DNA from: Escherichia phage PC3
Length of the DNA: 64,000 bases
Reading direction: 5' to 3' (one strand)
Sequence record: ON184125
Shown: positions 45,195-54,735 of the stretch, one piece after another
Numbering within the stretch: position 1 is the stretch's first letter
Layout: the number at the start of each line of letters is the position of its first letter
Notes under the pieces: model-generated
What the model was told of the DNA's origin: nothing
Database searches by the model: none
The model's input: the letters and a program-made list of their open reading frames with translations, nothing else
Made by a program: the position numbers and the translations under genes

Positions 45195-45745
45195 TTCGCC
45201 AACTCCTGCTCCAGCTGATTGACAAACGAAGACACATAATCTGGGTCGAGTACTTGGATGTTCCGTTTGGCTTCATTCTTACTGATTGCATCATCATGGT
45301 ATGAAACTGCCGTCAGACCATAGTTAGCAATTATGGACGGCTCATCTAGGTCTAGGTTATATGCAAATTTGATAGCACGGGCGTCGGTCACATTGTTGAA
45401 CTGGTCGACATAATAGGCTGTATCCCACATACCATCGATGCCGTAATCTGCAGTCAGTTCTTCAATAATACGGCGTTCCGGTTTCGGCCAGTCCTTATTG
45501 ATGTCCATGATGCCGTTTATCAGACAAGGTATCCAAAACAACTCGAAGGATCCGTAAACGCGTTCTGCGAAAGACCTTGGGGTTTCCCCCTCTTGGATCG
45601 TATACGGCAGGAGAAGCCCTTCGATGTCCTTAATTTTCTGTAAGATCATCACCCGGCGCGTTAAGTTCTGTAACAACACCTGATCATTCTCTTGGACATC
45701 TTGCAATTGATGCCAAACAAGTGGAAACTTCTCAAAATATTTCAT
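45191..45745 (-). CDS. baseplate wedge protein (gp53-like, tentative)
   Basis: 184 aa; ERVYGSFELFWIPCLINGIMD resembles recalled T4 gp53 segment AIYGNPQLYWVLLMCND. Confidence 0.45.
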   Translation of the reverse strand: MKYFEKFPLVWHQLQDVQENDQVLLQNLTRRVMILQKIKDIEGLLLPYTIQEGETPRSFAERVYGSFELFWIPCLINGIMDINKDWPKPERRIIEELTADYGIDGMWDTAYYVDQFNNVTDARAIKFAYNLDLDEPSIIANYGLTAVSYHDDAISKNEAKRNIQVLDPDYVSSFVNQLEQELAK

Positions 45746-45756
45746 GGCATCCTCTC

Positions 45757-46725
45757 TTAGAAGCTATCGCCTTCGGTTTCAAAGCGCCCTTTGTGTAGAG
45801 GCTCCAGTTCGATGAAGGTCATGTCAACCTGCGTGGACACGATACCATCATCTTTGTGAACCGCGTATGAACTGTCCGGCGTCTCGTTGACGAACATGTT
45901 GGAAAGTACACAAGTGGAGATGCGGTGCAGCCACTGGTTACGCTCCCCATTGACCATGAACGTAATGTCGAATGTTGAAGGATGCAAGTAAAACGCGCTG
46001 GAATTCTTGTTGTACTTGTACTCTGGGTACATGTGCATCTTGAACATGCGGATGATCTCACGGACCATCTTGGCTTCCTTCTGAGATCGCGGCGTGAATT
46101 TGAATGTAAATGGAATCTCACGGTTGCGAACACCCTGGAAGATCATCTCCACATATGGGTTGGTCATGGTGCCTGTGAACAACTCAAGGGTGTCATGGGC
46201 GTTAATGCTCGGCAGGAATGGAATAGCCTCCGACGCAGATTGGATAGCCTTGGTGGCAGCGAATCGCCCCATCTCCTTCCCGACGTTGAGCGCATCACCC
46301 AGTTTAAACTGAGTCATGTCTTGGGCGGCGCGGGAAAGGAACTGTGCTCCCATACCAGCCAACCCCAGCTCGCTACCGTTCCAGCCAACACCATAGTTGG
46401 TTGTAATGTACTCGGGCATACAAAGTACGATAGACTCGTTTGAACGAACGTGACGCGCCCATGCATATTTGGTGATGGAACCAGACTTGGACCCATAGAC
46501 CACAGGAGTATTCCCCAGAGGGTTCTGTATTGGGTTCTCGATAGTCTGAGTAGCCGTGTTGCCATAAGATGAACCGGAGATACGGTTGATGTTGAATAGG
46601 ACATAGTGTCCTAAAGTCTTACCCCCAGTAACGTCTAGGGGATAAGACAATTGCTTCTGAGCCTGGGACAATCCCTTCGTGTTCAGAACCTTGATCTTAT
46701 CGATTGTCTTCTTGAAGTCGGCCAT
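45757..46725 (-). CDS. baseplate/tail-tube associated protein (gp48/gp54-like, tentative)
   Basis: 322 aa, first gene of the minus-strand structural operon. Confidence 0.45.
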   Translation of the reverse strand: MADFKKTIDKIKVLNTKGLSQAQKQLSYPLDVTGGKTLGHYVLFNINRISGSSYGNTATQTIENPIQNPLGNTPVVYGSKSGSITKYAWARHVRSNESIVLCMPEYITTNYGVGWNGSELGLAGMGAQFLSRAAQDMTQFKLGDALNVGKEMGRFAATKAIQSASEAIPFLPSINAHDTLELFTGTMTNPYVEMIFQGVRNREIPFTFKFTPRSQKEAKMVREIIRMFKMHMYPEYKYNKNSSAFYLHPSTFDITFMVNGERNQWLHRISTCVLSNMFVNETPDSSYAVHKDDGIVSTQVDMTFIELEPLHKGRFETEGDSF

Positions 46726-46775
46726 GGTCTCAGCCCTTAAATAGATAGAGTGTTATGGCTATTTAGGACTAGATT

Positions 46776-47390
46776 ATGAGCAACTATCTTCAGGGGAAGT
46801 ACACCCCAGTTAATCCCAAGAAGTATCAGGGGAATGTGAATAACATCATCTTCCGCTCTTCGCTGGAGTTGGTGGCTTTCAAGTTCTGTGATATGAACTC
46901 CGCGATAGTGAAGTGGTCTAGTGAGGAGACCGTAATCCCTTACATTTCCCCAGTCGACGGGCGCACCCATCGTTACTTCATGGACCTCAAAGTCTGGACG
47001 CGCCGTGAAGGGCAAGAGGAACTACAGGTCACCCTCATTGAGATCAAGCCCAAAGACCAGATCAAGCAGCCGAAGAAGACTCCGAACATGAAGGAGTCGA
47101 CATTCAACAATGCGATGCGAACCTGGTTGGTCAATTCTGCCAAGTGGGAGGCCACCCGCGAACTGTGTGCCAAGAAGAACTGGAAGTTCATTATATGGAC
47201 TGAAGAGCATCTTGTTCCGGGTGAAGATCCGGATGTTCGTAAACAGTTTGAGCTGAAGTCGAAAAAGAAACGGGATATGGAGATGCAAGATCGCCGACAT
47301 GCCGAACGTGTCAGGGTGCTGAAGGAACAGATGCGGAAGGAGATTAAACCCGCCCCAACGGAGCGGGATGATGGACTGCTCTTACCTTAA
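46776..47390 (+). CDS. hypothetical protein with highly charged C-terminus
   Basis: 204 aa, divergent from the baseplate operon; upstream imperfect palindrome related to the one at 22400. Confidence 0.6.
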   Translation: MSNYLQGKYTPVNPKKYQGNVNNIIFRSSLELVAFKFCDMNSAIVKWSSEETVIPYISPVDGRTHRYFMDLKVWTRREGQEELQVTLIEIKPKDQIKQPKKTPNMKESTFNNAMRTWLVNSAKWEATRELCAKKNWKFIIWTEEHLVPGEDPDVRKQFELKSKKKRDMEMQDRRHAERVRVLKEQMRKEIKPAPTERDDGLLLP

Positions 47391-47599
47391 CTTCTCTTGT
47401 GGCCAGGGGCGTAACAGGTATGCCTGTCGCGCCCAATTTGCCAGCCGTCTGATCGCGCCTGTTTGACACACTCACCCCAAGTCTCACCAGTGTATTGTTT
47501 GAACCCGCACTTGGGGTGATGCTCTTCCCAAGCCCAACTGCATGCCTTGCAATCTGAGCATTCACAATAAAGATCGATGGTGTAACCTGAAATGATCAT
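47387..47599 (-). CDS. small Cys-rich protein
   Basis: 70 aa; CECSDCKAC ... HPKCG ... HTCYAPGH. Confidence 0.5.
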   Translation of the reverse strand: MIISGYTIDLYCECSDCKACSWAWEEHHPKCGFKQYTGETWGECVKQARSDGWQIGRDRHTCYAPGHKRS

Positions 47600-47601
47600 G
47601 A

Positions 47602-48009
47602 TCAGTCTTCTAGGTGATCGTAGATCTTCTGGCGGAACGCATTACCACCAGCACAACCCTTGGCCAGCAGGTGGGTGCCGCCCGTACCGATCACGCTGAT
47701 TGTTGAGAAGCCCAGGATGCGACCTGTGATGGACTGATCAACCTTCACTGTCTCCACCTTACCGATGCGCAACTCATCAGCATCACGACGGATGAAACCA
47801 CGTTTGACGATGACGCGCTTGTTAGTCACAGCGAATTCAGTTGTCAATACATTTAAAATTGTTGGTATCAGAAATAACAAGCTGAATCCAAATGTTGGGA
47901 TAAACGTTAAAATAACCAGAACGTAAATCCAAAAACCGCTCCACCAAGTCGGGCGGGTGAAGGCAATAACGTGCTCGTCTTTGCCGAGCATACGATCTAC
48001 ATAACGCAT
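47602..48009 (-). CDS. membrane protein with bacterial PH-like (YdbT/DUF304-like) fold
   Basis: 135 aa; two N-terminal TM segments followed by a segment resembling bPH_2 domains. Confidence 0.5.
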   Translation of the reverse strand: MRYVDRMLGKDEHVIAFTRPTWWSGFWIYVLVILTFIPTFGFSLLFLIPTILNVLTTEFAVTNKRVIVKRGFIRRDADELRIGKVETVKVDQSITGRILGFSTISVIGTGGTHLLAKGCAGGNAFRQKIYDHLED

Positions 48010-48019
48010 GATAAATTCC

Positions 48020-48529
48020 TTATTTGTCAGGGTTCACTAAAACAGGGGTGGATACCAGTTCGCCGCTCTTCACAGAATGCTGGACTACAACAATCTGATC
48101 GACCATGCGATATACTTCAATCCCAGCAGCCAGCATTTCAATAATGCCGTCTATGATACGATATGGTCGGTCATAGAACACTTTAGCGATCTTGCCACTG
48201 TCGATAATACGACGGGTGCACTCTGGGCATGGACTATGAGTGACAAACATCACCAGGCCACAACAGTCTTCAGTGTGCTGGGGGAGTTTGCTCAGAGCAT
48301 TCTCCTCGGCGTGGATAACACCCACCGATACCAGTTGACCGTCTACTTCCTTCTCACAGACATTAGGAGCGCCAGGAGCAGTCCCGTTCCAACCGATAGA
48401 CAGGGGCTGGTCAACACGCGGGTCAACGATAACACAGCCGACCTTCAGGCGCTGGGCATAGCTGGACAGAGCGTATGCATGAGCCGATCGCATATGCGCA
48501 AACAACATACGGGGTTTGATAGTCATCAC
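48020..48529 (-). CDS. dCMP deaminase
   Basis: 169 aa; zinc-binding HAEENAL and PCPEC motifs of cytidine/dCMP deaminases. Confidence 0.8.
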   Translation of the reverse strand: MMTIKPRMLFAHMRSAHAYALSSYAQRLKVGCVIVDPRVDQPLSIGWNGTAPGAPNVCEKEVDGQLVSVGVIHAEENALSKLPQHTEDCCGLVMFVTHSPCPECTRRIIDSGKIAKVFYDRPYRIIDGIIEMLAAGIEVYRMVDQIVVVQHSVKSGELVSTPVLVNPDK

Positions 48530-48840
48530 ATCACCAGTTTCTTTTCAAGGAGGAAGATCATGTCGTCTTGGTCTGCACGACCAAAGATCTGACCCATGGC
48601 GACCATCTGGTGGACTTCCCTGACAATGATTTCTTTGCCAGGAGTAACTTCATCCAGGTCCATGATAGTGCTGACGCGGTCTACCATGCGCGGCGGGTGA
48701 TTAATGTAGCGCTGCAGGTACTTCTCGCGAGTGGCAATCAGGTTGTTCAGCTCGGCGATTTCAGACTCTTCTTCTGAGAAGCGCTTTTCCTTCGCCTGTA
48801 GTTCAGCCAGACGCTCATACATTTCTTTTAATGGGGTCAT
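48526..48840 (-). CDS. hypothetical protein
   Basis: 104 aa. Confidence 0.5.
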   Translation of the reverse strand: MTPLKEMYERLAELQAKEKRFSEEESEIAELNNLIATREKYLQRYINHPPRMVDRVSTIMDLDEVTPGKEIIVREVHQMVAMGQIFGRADQDDMIFLLEKKLVM

Positions 48841-48909
48841 TTCCGGTTCCTCTTAATAAACGAAGGGAAGTATATACTCCCCCTTCTTCAATAACCGCTG
48901 AATCTTTAT

Positions 48910-49248
48910 TCAGAGATAAGATTTACCGAGTTCGGTCAGGCGATAGAACGTCACCTCAGTGTTCGGCCAGTTCACGTAAGAACCGTCATGAACCATTGAG
49001 CCAGCTGGTTCGATCAACCCCTTGGCGAGCAGGGAAGCCCCTGTGCGGGTGTCCCATGGGTCGCCTTTGACGGAGGTGAAACCACCAGTGTTCGGGCATA
49101 CCTGGAACGTCCAGGCGGTGTTGCCCTTGTCATTGGTCCAGGATTTGGGATGCAAGTACCATTCACCATAACGGCAATGACCTTTCTCAAAGTTCTCCAT
49201 CCCGTAGAGAACCAAGAGTTGGTGTCCTGTAATACGCGGCTTTTTCAT
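48910..49248 (-). CDS. hypothetical protein
   Basis: 112 aa from internal Met 18 (ATGA overlap with upstream stop). Confidence 0.5.
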   Translation of the reverse strand: MKKPRITGHQLLVLYGMENFEKGHCRYGEWYLHPKSWTNDKGNTAWTFQVCPNTGGFTSVKGDPWDTRTGASLLAKGLIEPAGSMVHDGSYVNWPNTEVTFYRLTELGKSYL

Positions 49249-49562
49249 GACAATACTCCTTTCAGAGCTAAAACGGAAAGCACACCAATAATCAACCATG
49301 TCGGGATAATCGGCTTGCAGTTCATGTGGGTTTCTCCACCTTCGATGTTTGGACTTCCTTGTATAAGAACGTGTTCACAGGAAGCTCTGAACGTCATTAC
49401 ACAGCCCATCAACACAATCGGCCTGATATAATAACCCGTTTTAGTTTGCTTCACGATACATGGAGAGGAGAAGCGCAGATATGGATCCCCTTTCCGGTAG
49501 CCTGTGATTGTGACCTTCTGCACTTCAGAAGGCACCTTTTGGCCAGGAAAATAAATTTTCAT
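49245..49562 (-). CDS. hypothetical protein
   Basis: 105 aa, ATGA-coupled. Confidence 0.5.
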   Translation of the reverse strand: MKIYFPGQKVPSEVQKVTITGYRKGDPYLRFSSPCIVKQTKTGYYIRPIVLMGCVMTFRASCEHVLIQGSPNIEGGETHMNCKPIIPTWLIIGVLSVLALKGVLS

Positions 49563-50119
49563 ATTTCAATCCCCAGATTGGTGTATAACAACTCAGACAG
49601 GGTTACAGGACGCTTGAATTGTTCCCAACTACAGTTCAGGTATTCACGTTCTTCACGCATTTCACTGTGAAGATGACCATGGATATTATACGCCCAGCGG
49701 TCCAATTGATAAGGAACGTGAGTGGTCAGCACACGACCAACCGGAGTATCACGCTCATACATCGCACCAAAGGAGCTAATCCATCCCTCTTGATACAGCT
49801 GCATCAACATCTTGAATCTGTCATGGTTGCCTTGCGCCACCCTGATGATAAAGTTCGGTCGCCAGTCATCGGGAACCGGGCGGCGCTTGAACTCATCAAT
49901 ATTCCTCTTGGCACCCTCGCGCATCAGGCGAATGAACCCCTCAGCCCCGATGAAGCAGATGTCCCCAGCCAGTTCAAGGACGTCTCGGGACTTCAGCCCC
50001 TGAAAGATACTGTCGATAACTGCAGCATCATGCGCCTCTTGGGTATCGAACCCACGGGGCTTGAAGACCTTCTTGTGTCCGAGGTGGGTGTCGCCCAGAT
50101 ATTTTACAATTCCTGCCAT
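49559..50119 (-). CDS. calcineurin-like metallophosphoesterase
   Basis: About 186 aa; GDTHLG, GNHD and HGHLH metal-binding motifs; start at Met 7 (TAATG coupling) or 50137. Confidence 0.7.
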   Translation of the reverse strand: MAGIVKYLGDTHLGHKKVFKPRGFDTQEAHDAAVIDSIFQGLKSRDVLELAGDICFIGAEGFIRLMREGAKRNIDEFKRRPVPDDWRPNFIIRVAQGNHDRFKMLMQLYQEGWISSFGAMYERDTPVGRVLTTHVPYQLDRWAYNIHGHLHSEMREEREYLNCSWEQFKRPVTLSELLYTNLGIEI

Positions 50120-50547
50120 TATGGTCTCCTCAACCATTCTAAAATCGATACGTTCACAAACCCCTTATGCCAGCGATGGGGTTTATGGCCTCTGTTGTGT
50201 TCGAGCAAACACGTGTCCGGTGGGACACTGAAGTGGATGCCGTCGATGTCGTAGTAATGCCCATCAATCAGAGTATACACATGACCTTCGGTCTGACTGT
50301 AATGGATCTCTGCTTGGGGATACACGTGCTTCAGAAGTAGAGCAACCTGGTAACACTTCCCGTTCTTCCCCACGTACTCGACATCCACCTGTTGTGGAAA
50401 CACATCTTTGACAAGGTTTATCAATCTCGTGATGTCATTTACAACAACCGAACGTTTCATATCGCCTCTCCCGAGGATTCGTTGGTGAACCAATGATACT
50501 CTATCCCGGATATAGAAAAGCCCCTCACGGGGCTTGATCGTCTTCAT
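50119..50547 (-). CDS. hypothetical protein
   Basis: 142 aa. Confidence 0.5.
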   Translation of the reverse strand: MKTIKPREGLFYIRDRVSLVHQRILGRGDMKRSVVVNDITRLINLVKDVFPQQVDVEYVGKNGKCYQVALLLKHVYPQAEIHYSQTEGHVYTLIDGHYYDIDGIHFSVPPDTCLLEHNRGHKPHRWHKGFVNVSILEWLRRP

Positions 50548-50827
50548 CAGGGAATATACGCCATCGACTTATTCCATACCACTCACCGATAGAGTTCCAT
50601 GTCCTTTCCCCAGGCCAGCCACCGACCGTGTAGTAATGCGCTACCAGCCGCCAGTAAGGAAGAGAGGCCATGTTCACGCCGCCGTCGGCCTTTAGGCAGG
50701 CCAAGTACCAATTCGTGAGACTGAACGCCTGAAATAACGGATGAAGGAACATGAAGTATAGGTAGCCCAATATGGCTGCGAACACCCCAGCTATTACGAT
50801 AGCGCCAATAACTGTGAAGAATATCAT
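50525..50827 (-). CDS. small membrane protein
   Basis: 100 aa with N-terminal TM segments. Confidence 0.5.
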   Translation of the reverse strand: MIFFTVIGAIVIAGVFAAILGYLYFMFLHPLFQAFSLTNWYLACLKADGGVNMASLPYWRLVAHYYTVGGWPGERTWNSIGEWYGISRWRIFPDEDDQAP

Positions 50828-51456
50828 TCTTTCACCTCCAGCCCCATCAGATCTTCCATGGTCTTCTGAATACGCAGCCAGTCAAGCGCAGCGTCATAAC
50901 GAGGGTCATGATAGACCATACCTTCCAGTTCCCAAGCCTTGATGCCAGCGTAGCGATCCTGTTGACCAACACCCTTCAGCCAGCTCACGATGTCGAAGGT
51001 GTGGTGGTAGTCCCAAGGTTCGTTGGAGTCCTGCTTACATGTCACCTCAATGATGTGCTGAGCCTTGCGCAGATCGAACAAGTTACGGTCACACCAGTCA
51101 ACCGAGCGCGGGTCTACCCCAAGACGATGACAACCCTTGCGGATTTCATCGGCCAGCTGGAAGATAGAGATGTCCTGCTCAGTCGGGTACAGACTGACGG
51201 CGCGAGCCGCATCACACGGGTTGCGCTTGCCCGTGCCCAGCCACCATTCAACTGTCCCAGCGTCCTTCACGCGACCAAGTTCGAGCTGCTCTTTGACATT
51301 CAGCTTAATGAACGTCGTGCGCTCCTCAACCAGCTGCTGAAGAGTATAACGCTTGGTCAGGTCAGCGATGGTGTGCGCCCAGGACAACATGACTGCATCA
51401 TCCCAGCGCCCCAGGGTTTCGCTGTCGGCAACTGCAAGGAAATTAGACTTGTACAT
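50824..51456 (-). CDS. 3'-5' exonuclease (DexA-like, tentative)
   Basis: 210 aa; N-terminal AVADSETLG resembles DEDD exonuclease motif I. Confidence 0.45.
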   Translation of the reverse strand: MYKSNFLAVADSETLGRWDDAVMLSWAHTIADLTKRYTLQQLVEERTTFIKLNVKEQLELGRVKDAGTVEWWLGTGKRNPCDAARAVSLYPTEQDISIFQLADEIRKGCHRLGVDPRSVDWCDRNLFDLRKAQHIIEVTCKQDSNEPWDYHHTFDIVSWLKGVGQQDRYAGIKAWELEGMVYHDPRYDAALDWLRIQKTMEDLMGLEVKE

Positions 51457-52056
51457 TTACGCCTCCTCGTCGATGATTTCTTGCTCATCTTCGACAATCA
51501 TGATACCTTCTGTGTCCAGATGAGAAAGTTCCATCAGATCATCATCGAATCCGTCTCCTTCCCTGATATAGAAGACTGGGACGACACGACGGCGGGTCTC
51601 TTCATACACGCTTTCAGAGATTCGATTGATATGGCGCACTACACTGTAGAGGTTCAGGCCACCAATGCCACAGCCGATAGCAGGCAGGCCGACATAGACA
51701 GTTTCGTCTTTAGTTGCTTCCACAATTTCATGCACCTGCTCAAACAGGGTCTGAACAGAACTGATGACTGACGGCATTCGAGCGTTCGGACCTGGATAAA
51801 ACTGAGTGTAGAGGTTCGCGCCCCAAACGCCCTTGCTGTGGTCAAATGCATAGGACATACCACCCAGGCGTTGCTCTGGACCACGAGGGTCGTTAGCATC
51901 GACTTCACGCAGGGCTGGGAAGTTGTTACCGATGTGCAGGGCAATACCCGCGCCCATGGTAGACCAACAGTTGGCACCGTGGGCAAAGATGTCGATCAGA
52001 TTGAAGCTACAGGCGGCTTTCAGTAGATCGCCACCATTGATTACATATGTGGTCAT
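51457..52056 (-). CDS. macro domain protein (ADP-ribose binding/hydrolase fold)
   Basis: About 199 aa from Met 6 (ATGA coupling); YVINGGDLLKAA...IDIFAHGANCWSTMGAGIA matches the macro-domain N-terminal signature. Confidence 0.65.
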   Translation of the reverse strand: MTTYVINGGDLLKAACSFNLIDIFAHGANCWSTMGAGIALHIGNNFPALREVDANDPRGPEQRLGGMSYAFDHSKGVWGANLYTQFYPGPNARMPSVISSVQTLFEQVHEIVEATKDETVYVGLPAIGCGIGGLNLYSVVRHINRISESVYEETRRRVVPVFYIREGDGFDDDLMELSHLDTEGIMIVEDEQEIIDEEA

Positions 52057-52295
52057 GCGTACTGTCTCCATTCAATAATGCTGTTGTCAACACATGACAC
52101 CTGGATGATGCCTGTGCGGTGGTGATAATCAGTCATCTGCATGATAAAGTTGTTCCCATTGCGGATAATGGTGTTGACAACGATACCCTTGGCAGCAAGG
52201 CGTATTACAATGGCAGTGCAAAGGCGGTCCATGTAACCGGACACAGAACCTGGTTCGAAGCATCGCTCGAACAGATTTTCAAATTCTGGGCTCAT
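52053..52295 (-). CDS. hypothetical protein
   Basis: 80 aa. Confidence 0.45.
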   Translation of the reverse strand: MSPEFENLFERCFEPGSVSGYMDRLCTAIVIRLAAKGIVVNTIIRNGNNFIMQMTDYHHRTGIIQVSCVDNSIIEWRQYA

Positions 52296-52320
52296 TTGAT
52301 GTTACCAAACAAGAGGTCGA

Positions 52321-52343
52321 GGCGGTAATAATACCGCCTTTTT
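52321..52343. other. hairpin followed by T-run on plus strand inside a minus-strand operon
   Basis: GGCGGTA-ataa-TACCGCC then TTTTTCTTC. Confidence 0.5.
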
Positions 52344-52345
52344 CT

Positions 52346-52756
52346 TCAATAGAGGTCTTCGGAAAAGAGTTCGCGGAAAGGGGTTGTCTTCAGGCGCACC
52401 TGATTGATCTGTCCAGCTTCACGGGCTACGATGCACGCCTCTTCACGAGTGAGGAAGTTGCCCTGGTTGTCGATGAATCCCTGTTCGCGGGTATGGGTGG
52501 ATTTAATGACGCCTGCTTCTTTCAGGATCTTGAGCTGGCTGTTCATGAATCGGCTGTGGTGACGGTCAGCAACGACGATTACATCACCATATTTGTTGGC
52601 GGCAGCGACCACACGGCGCTCCCAGGCACCTTCGACAGGAAGGTCACGGGTGTACAATGGAATCATCGTATCACCGATGTCATCCCCCTTCACCTGTGAG
52701 AACAACTTGCCTTCAGTGCCCGTTGGGAGTTCACGAAAATATCCCAGTAATTTCAT
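52346..52756 (-). CDS. hypothetical protein
   Basis: 136 aa, first complete gene of the minus-strand accessory operon. Confidence 0.6.
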   Translation of the reverse strand: MKLLGYFRELPTGTEGKLFSQVKGDDIGDTMIPLYTRDLPVEGAWERRVVAAANKYGDVIVVADRHHSRFMNSQLKILKEAGVIKSTHTREQGFIDNQGNFLTREEACIVAREAGQINQVRLKTTPFRELFSEDLY

Positions 52757-53072
52757 AATCTATTCAATCCAAATTTCAGGTTCAGAGATGTCGACCATAT
52801 CCACTGTCTGGTTCTTCAGATCACGGAAACAGTCGCCGAGGAATTGTATTTTGCCGTCGGTCAGGAACAGATGGCAAATGATGCTGGATCAGTTTCATTC
52901 ACCAGCAGGCTCGGTGTGAACGTAGGCTCAATAACATTGTTGTTCCACGACCACATCGGACCTTGGGCATCACCCTTTACGCGATATGGGTGAAGTATAT
53001 CACACCCAGGACAATGAAAATACAAGGAATCATCCGTAGACAGAAGTTTAGGGCTCAGAAGCTATGTTATGA
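52757..53072 (-). pseudogene. possible frameshifted coding remnant
   Basis: Three consecutive coding-like segments in three frames on the minus strand; last segment ends with TAG 3 nt upstream of ATG 52756. Confidence 0.25.
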
Positions 53073-53360
53073 TCAACCATCTACAGTGGCTTCAGGAACG
53101 TAGGGGCGCAGTTCACCAACCAGTTTCGGAAAGAGTGCAAGCCCAAACAGATTGAAAGAACGCATGGTGCCTACCATTGCAACATCTTCCCCTTCCTCGA
53201 TATCTTTCAGGGCGCACATTGGGTAATATTCATCGACCTCTGGGTCTTCCGTCTCACCATAGAGACCAAACGCTACCTCTTCTTTGATAAAGCGAGGAAC
53301 CAGGAAATCAAATAGGAAAATGATGAATACCACAGGTGCTGCAGAACGGAGATAGAACAT
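53073..53360 (-). CDS. hypothetical protein
   Basis: 95 aa. Confidence 0.45.
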   Translation of the reverse strand: MFYLRSAAPVVFIIFLFDFLVPRFIKEEVAFGLYGETEDPEVDEYYPMCALKDIEEGEDVAMVGTMRSFNLFGLALFPKLVGELRPYVPEATVDG

Positions 53361-53380
53361 AGCACAACCCTCGCAGGTGA

Positions 53381-53398
53381 GGAGGGGCGAACCCCTCC
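53381..53398. other. GC hairpin between topoisomerase medium subunit and downstream gene
   Basis: GGAGGGG-cgaa-CCCCTCC perfect 7 bp stem, no T-run. Confidence 0.55.
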
Positions 53399-53402
53399 GA
53401 TG

Positions 53403-54734
53403 TTATAGGCCAAGAGCCTTTTCAAGGTCATCAAGGTCTTCAGTGTAAAGATCGATGTCCTCTTTCTTACTTAATTCCTTATATTGTGCTTCAAGGTTCT
53501 CAATCTGCTTGAGTAGGCGCTCACGGGCGTCCAGAGTAATAGACGACAGAGGCATCTTGAACAACTCGTCAAGATCACCACCAAAGTCCGGGTAGTCCTG
53601 CATGAACAGAGACTTCAGCACGTCAATCTTTTGGCGGAGATCAACACGCGTCGCCCATTCAATGAACACCGCCCGGTCACCCAGCTTGCGGATCCTGTCT
53701 GCCATGTCCTTCAACAGATACTGGCGACGGTCTTCGTACCGTGACAGGCGATAATTGAAGAACGGCAGCAACATGTCCCGCCAACCAGAATAACGATGAA
53801 TAACACCGTCTTCATCCCAGGCTGTCCAAACAGGCTTGGTGGCTGAATACAGTTTGAACATCTGCTCAACCTGCTCGTCACTCAGCTTAGAGAGTTCGCC
53901 GCGCTTAAACACAACCGTGATATCCCAGCCATCTTCGGTCGTGTCGTTGGCGTACTCGGTGAGGATACCTGCCTTGTACAGAGGCAGCAACACCTTGGTC
54001 TCATAGGTTTTGGCAAACCAGCCCACTGGGACTTCGGTGATATGCAGGGTCGTGGCATTGACCCGACGGAAGATACCACGACTGTATGCTCTTCCTTCCT
54101 CAGTATAGCCTGTCTCTCCTTTGAAGCCGTTCCAGTACGGTTTTAAGTCTTTCGGGTCTTCGCCACGGAGAAGCGCTCTCAGGGCATTCAGCACGGACTT
54201 AACGCAATGACACGGGGTGTCGGTGGAATATCCGGTGCCGATACCATTGATCCCATTCACCAGGAACATGGGTAGGATGGGCAGAAAGAACTTCGGCTCC
54301 AGCCTTTCTTCACCAAGGTAGTTGTATTCCAAGATACCCTCATCCTCCTTGCGGAAGATCTTGCGGATAACGTCAGATACAGCGACGGATATGTATCGGG
54401 CAGATGAAGCATCACGCCCCATGATAGAACCAAACTGGCCATCGCGGTCAAAGTACGGGATGTTGTTCGTGCCTGGGAACCCCTGAGCCATGTTCACGAT
54501 AGTGCCGCTCATGTTCTCACCACCAGACTTGTAGTTGGTGCGAGCGGCGGCGAACATACCAAGGCGGTCAACAATCTCCTCCTTGTTGTACTCAAGAGCA
54601 GCGAAAAGGATCTTGCGCTGGCTTGGCTTGAGGCTGTCAATCAGCTGAGGGATTTGACGGATGCTGTTGACCACAGAAAACTGTTTATGGTCAGTGTTGA
54701 CAAAGTCCGTTACAGTAATGCTCTTAGCAACCAT
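53403..54734 (-). CDS. DNA topoisomerase II medium subunit (T4 gp52-like, GyrA-type)
   Basis: About 443 aa from internal Met 28 placed just after the large-subunit stop; GyrA-like breakage-reunion features. Confidence 0.8.
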   Translation of the reverse strand: MVAKSITVTDFVNTDHKQFSVVNSIRQIPQLIDSLKPSQRKILFAALEYNKEEIVDRLGMFAAARTNYKSGGENMSGTIVNMAQGFPGTNNIPYFDRDGQFGSIMGRDASSARYISVAVSDVIRKIFRKEDEGILEYNYLGEERLEPKFFLPILPMFLVNGINGIGTGYSTDTPCHCVKSVLNALRALLRGEDPKDLKPYWNGFKGETGYTEEGRAYSRGIFRRVNATTLHITEVPVGWFAKTYETKVLLPLYKAGILTEYANDTTEDGWDITVVFKRGELSKLSDEQVEQMFKLYSATKPVWTAWDEDGVIHRYSGWRDMLLPFFNYRLSRYEDRRQYLLKDMADRIRKLGDRAVFIEWATRVDLRQKIDVLKSLFMQDYPDFGGDLDELFKMPLSSITLDARERLLKQIENLEAQYKELSKKEDIDLYTEDLDDLEKALGL

Positions 54735-54735
54735 C

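Noticed and set aside
50908-51771. 287 aa plus-strand ORF across the dexA-like and macro-domain genes
   Set aside because: Antisense to two translationally coupled minus-strand genes with recognisable motifs.
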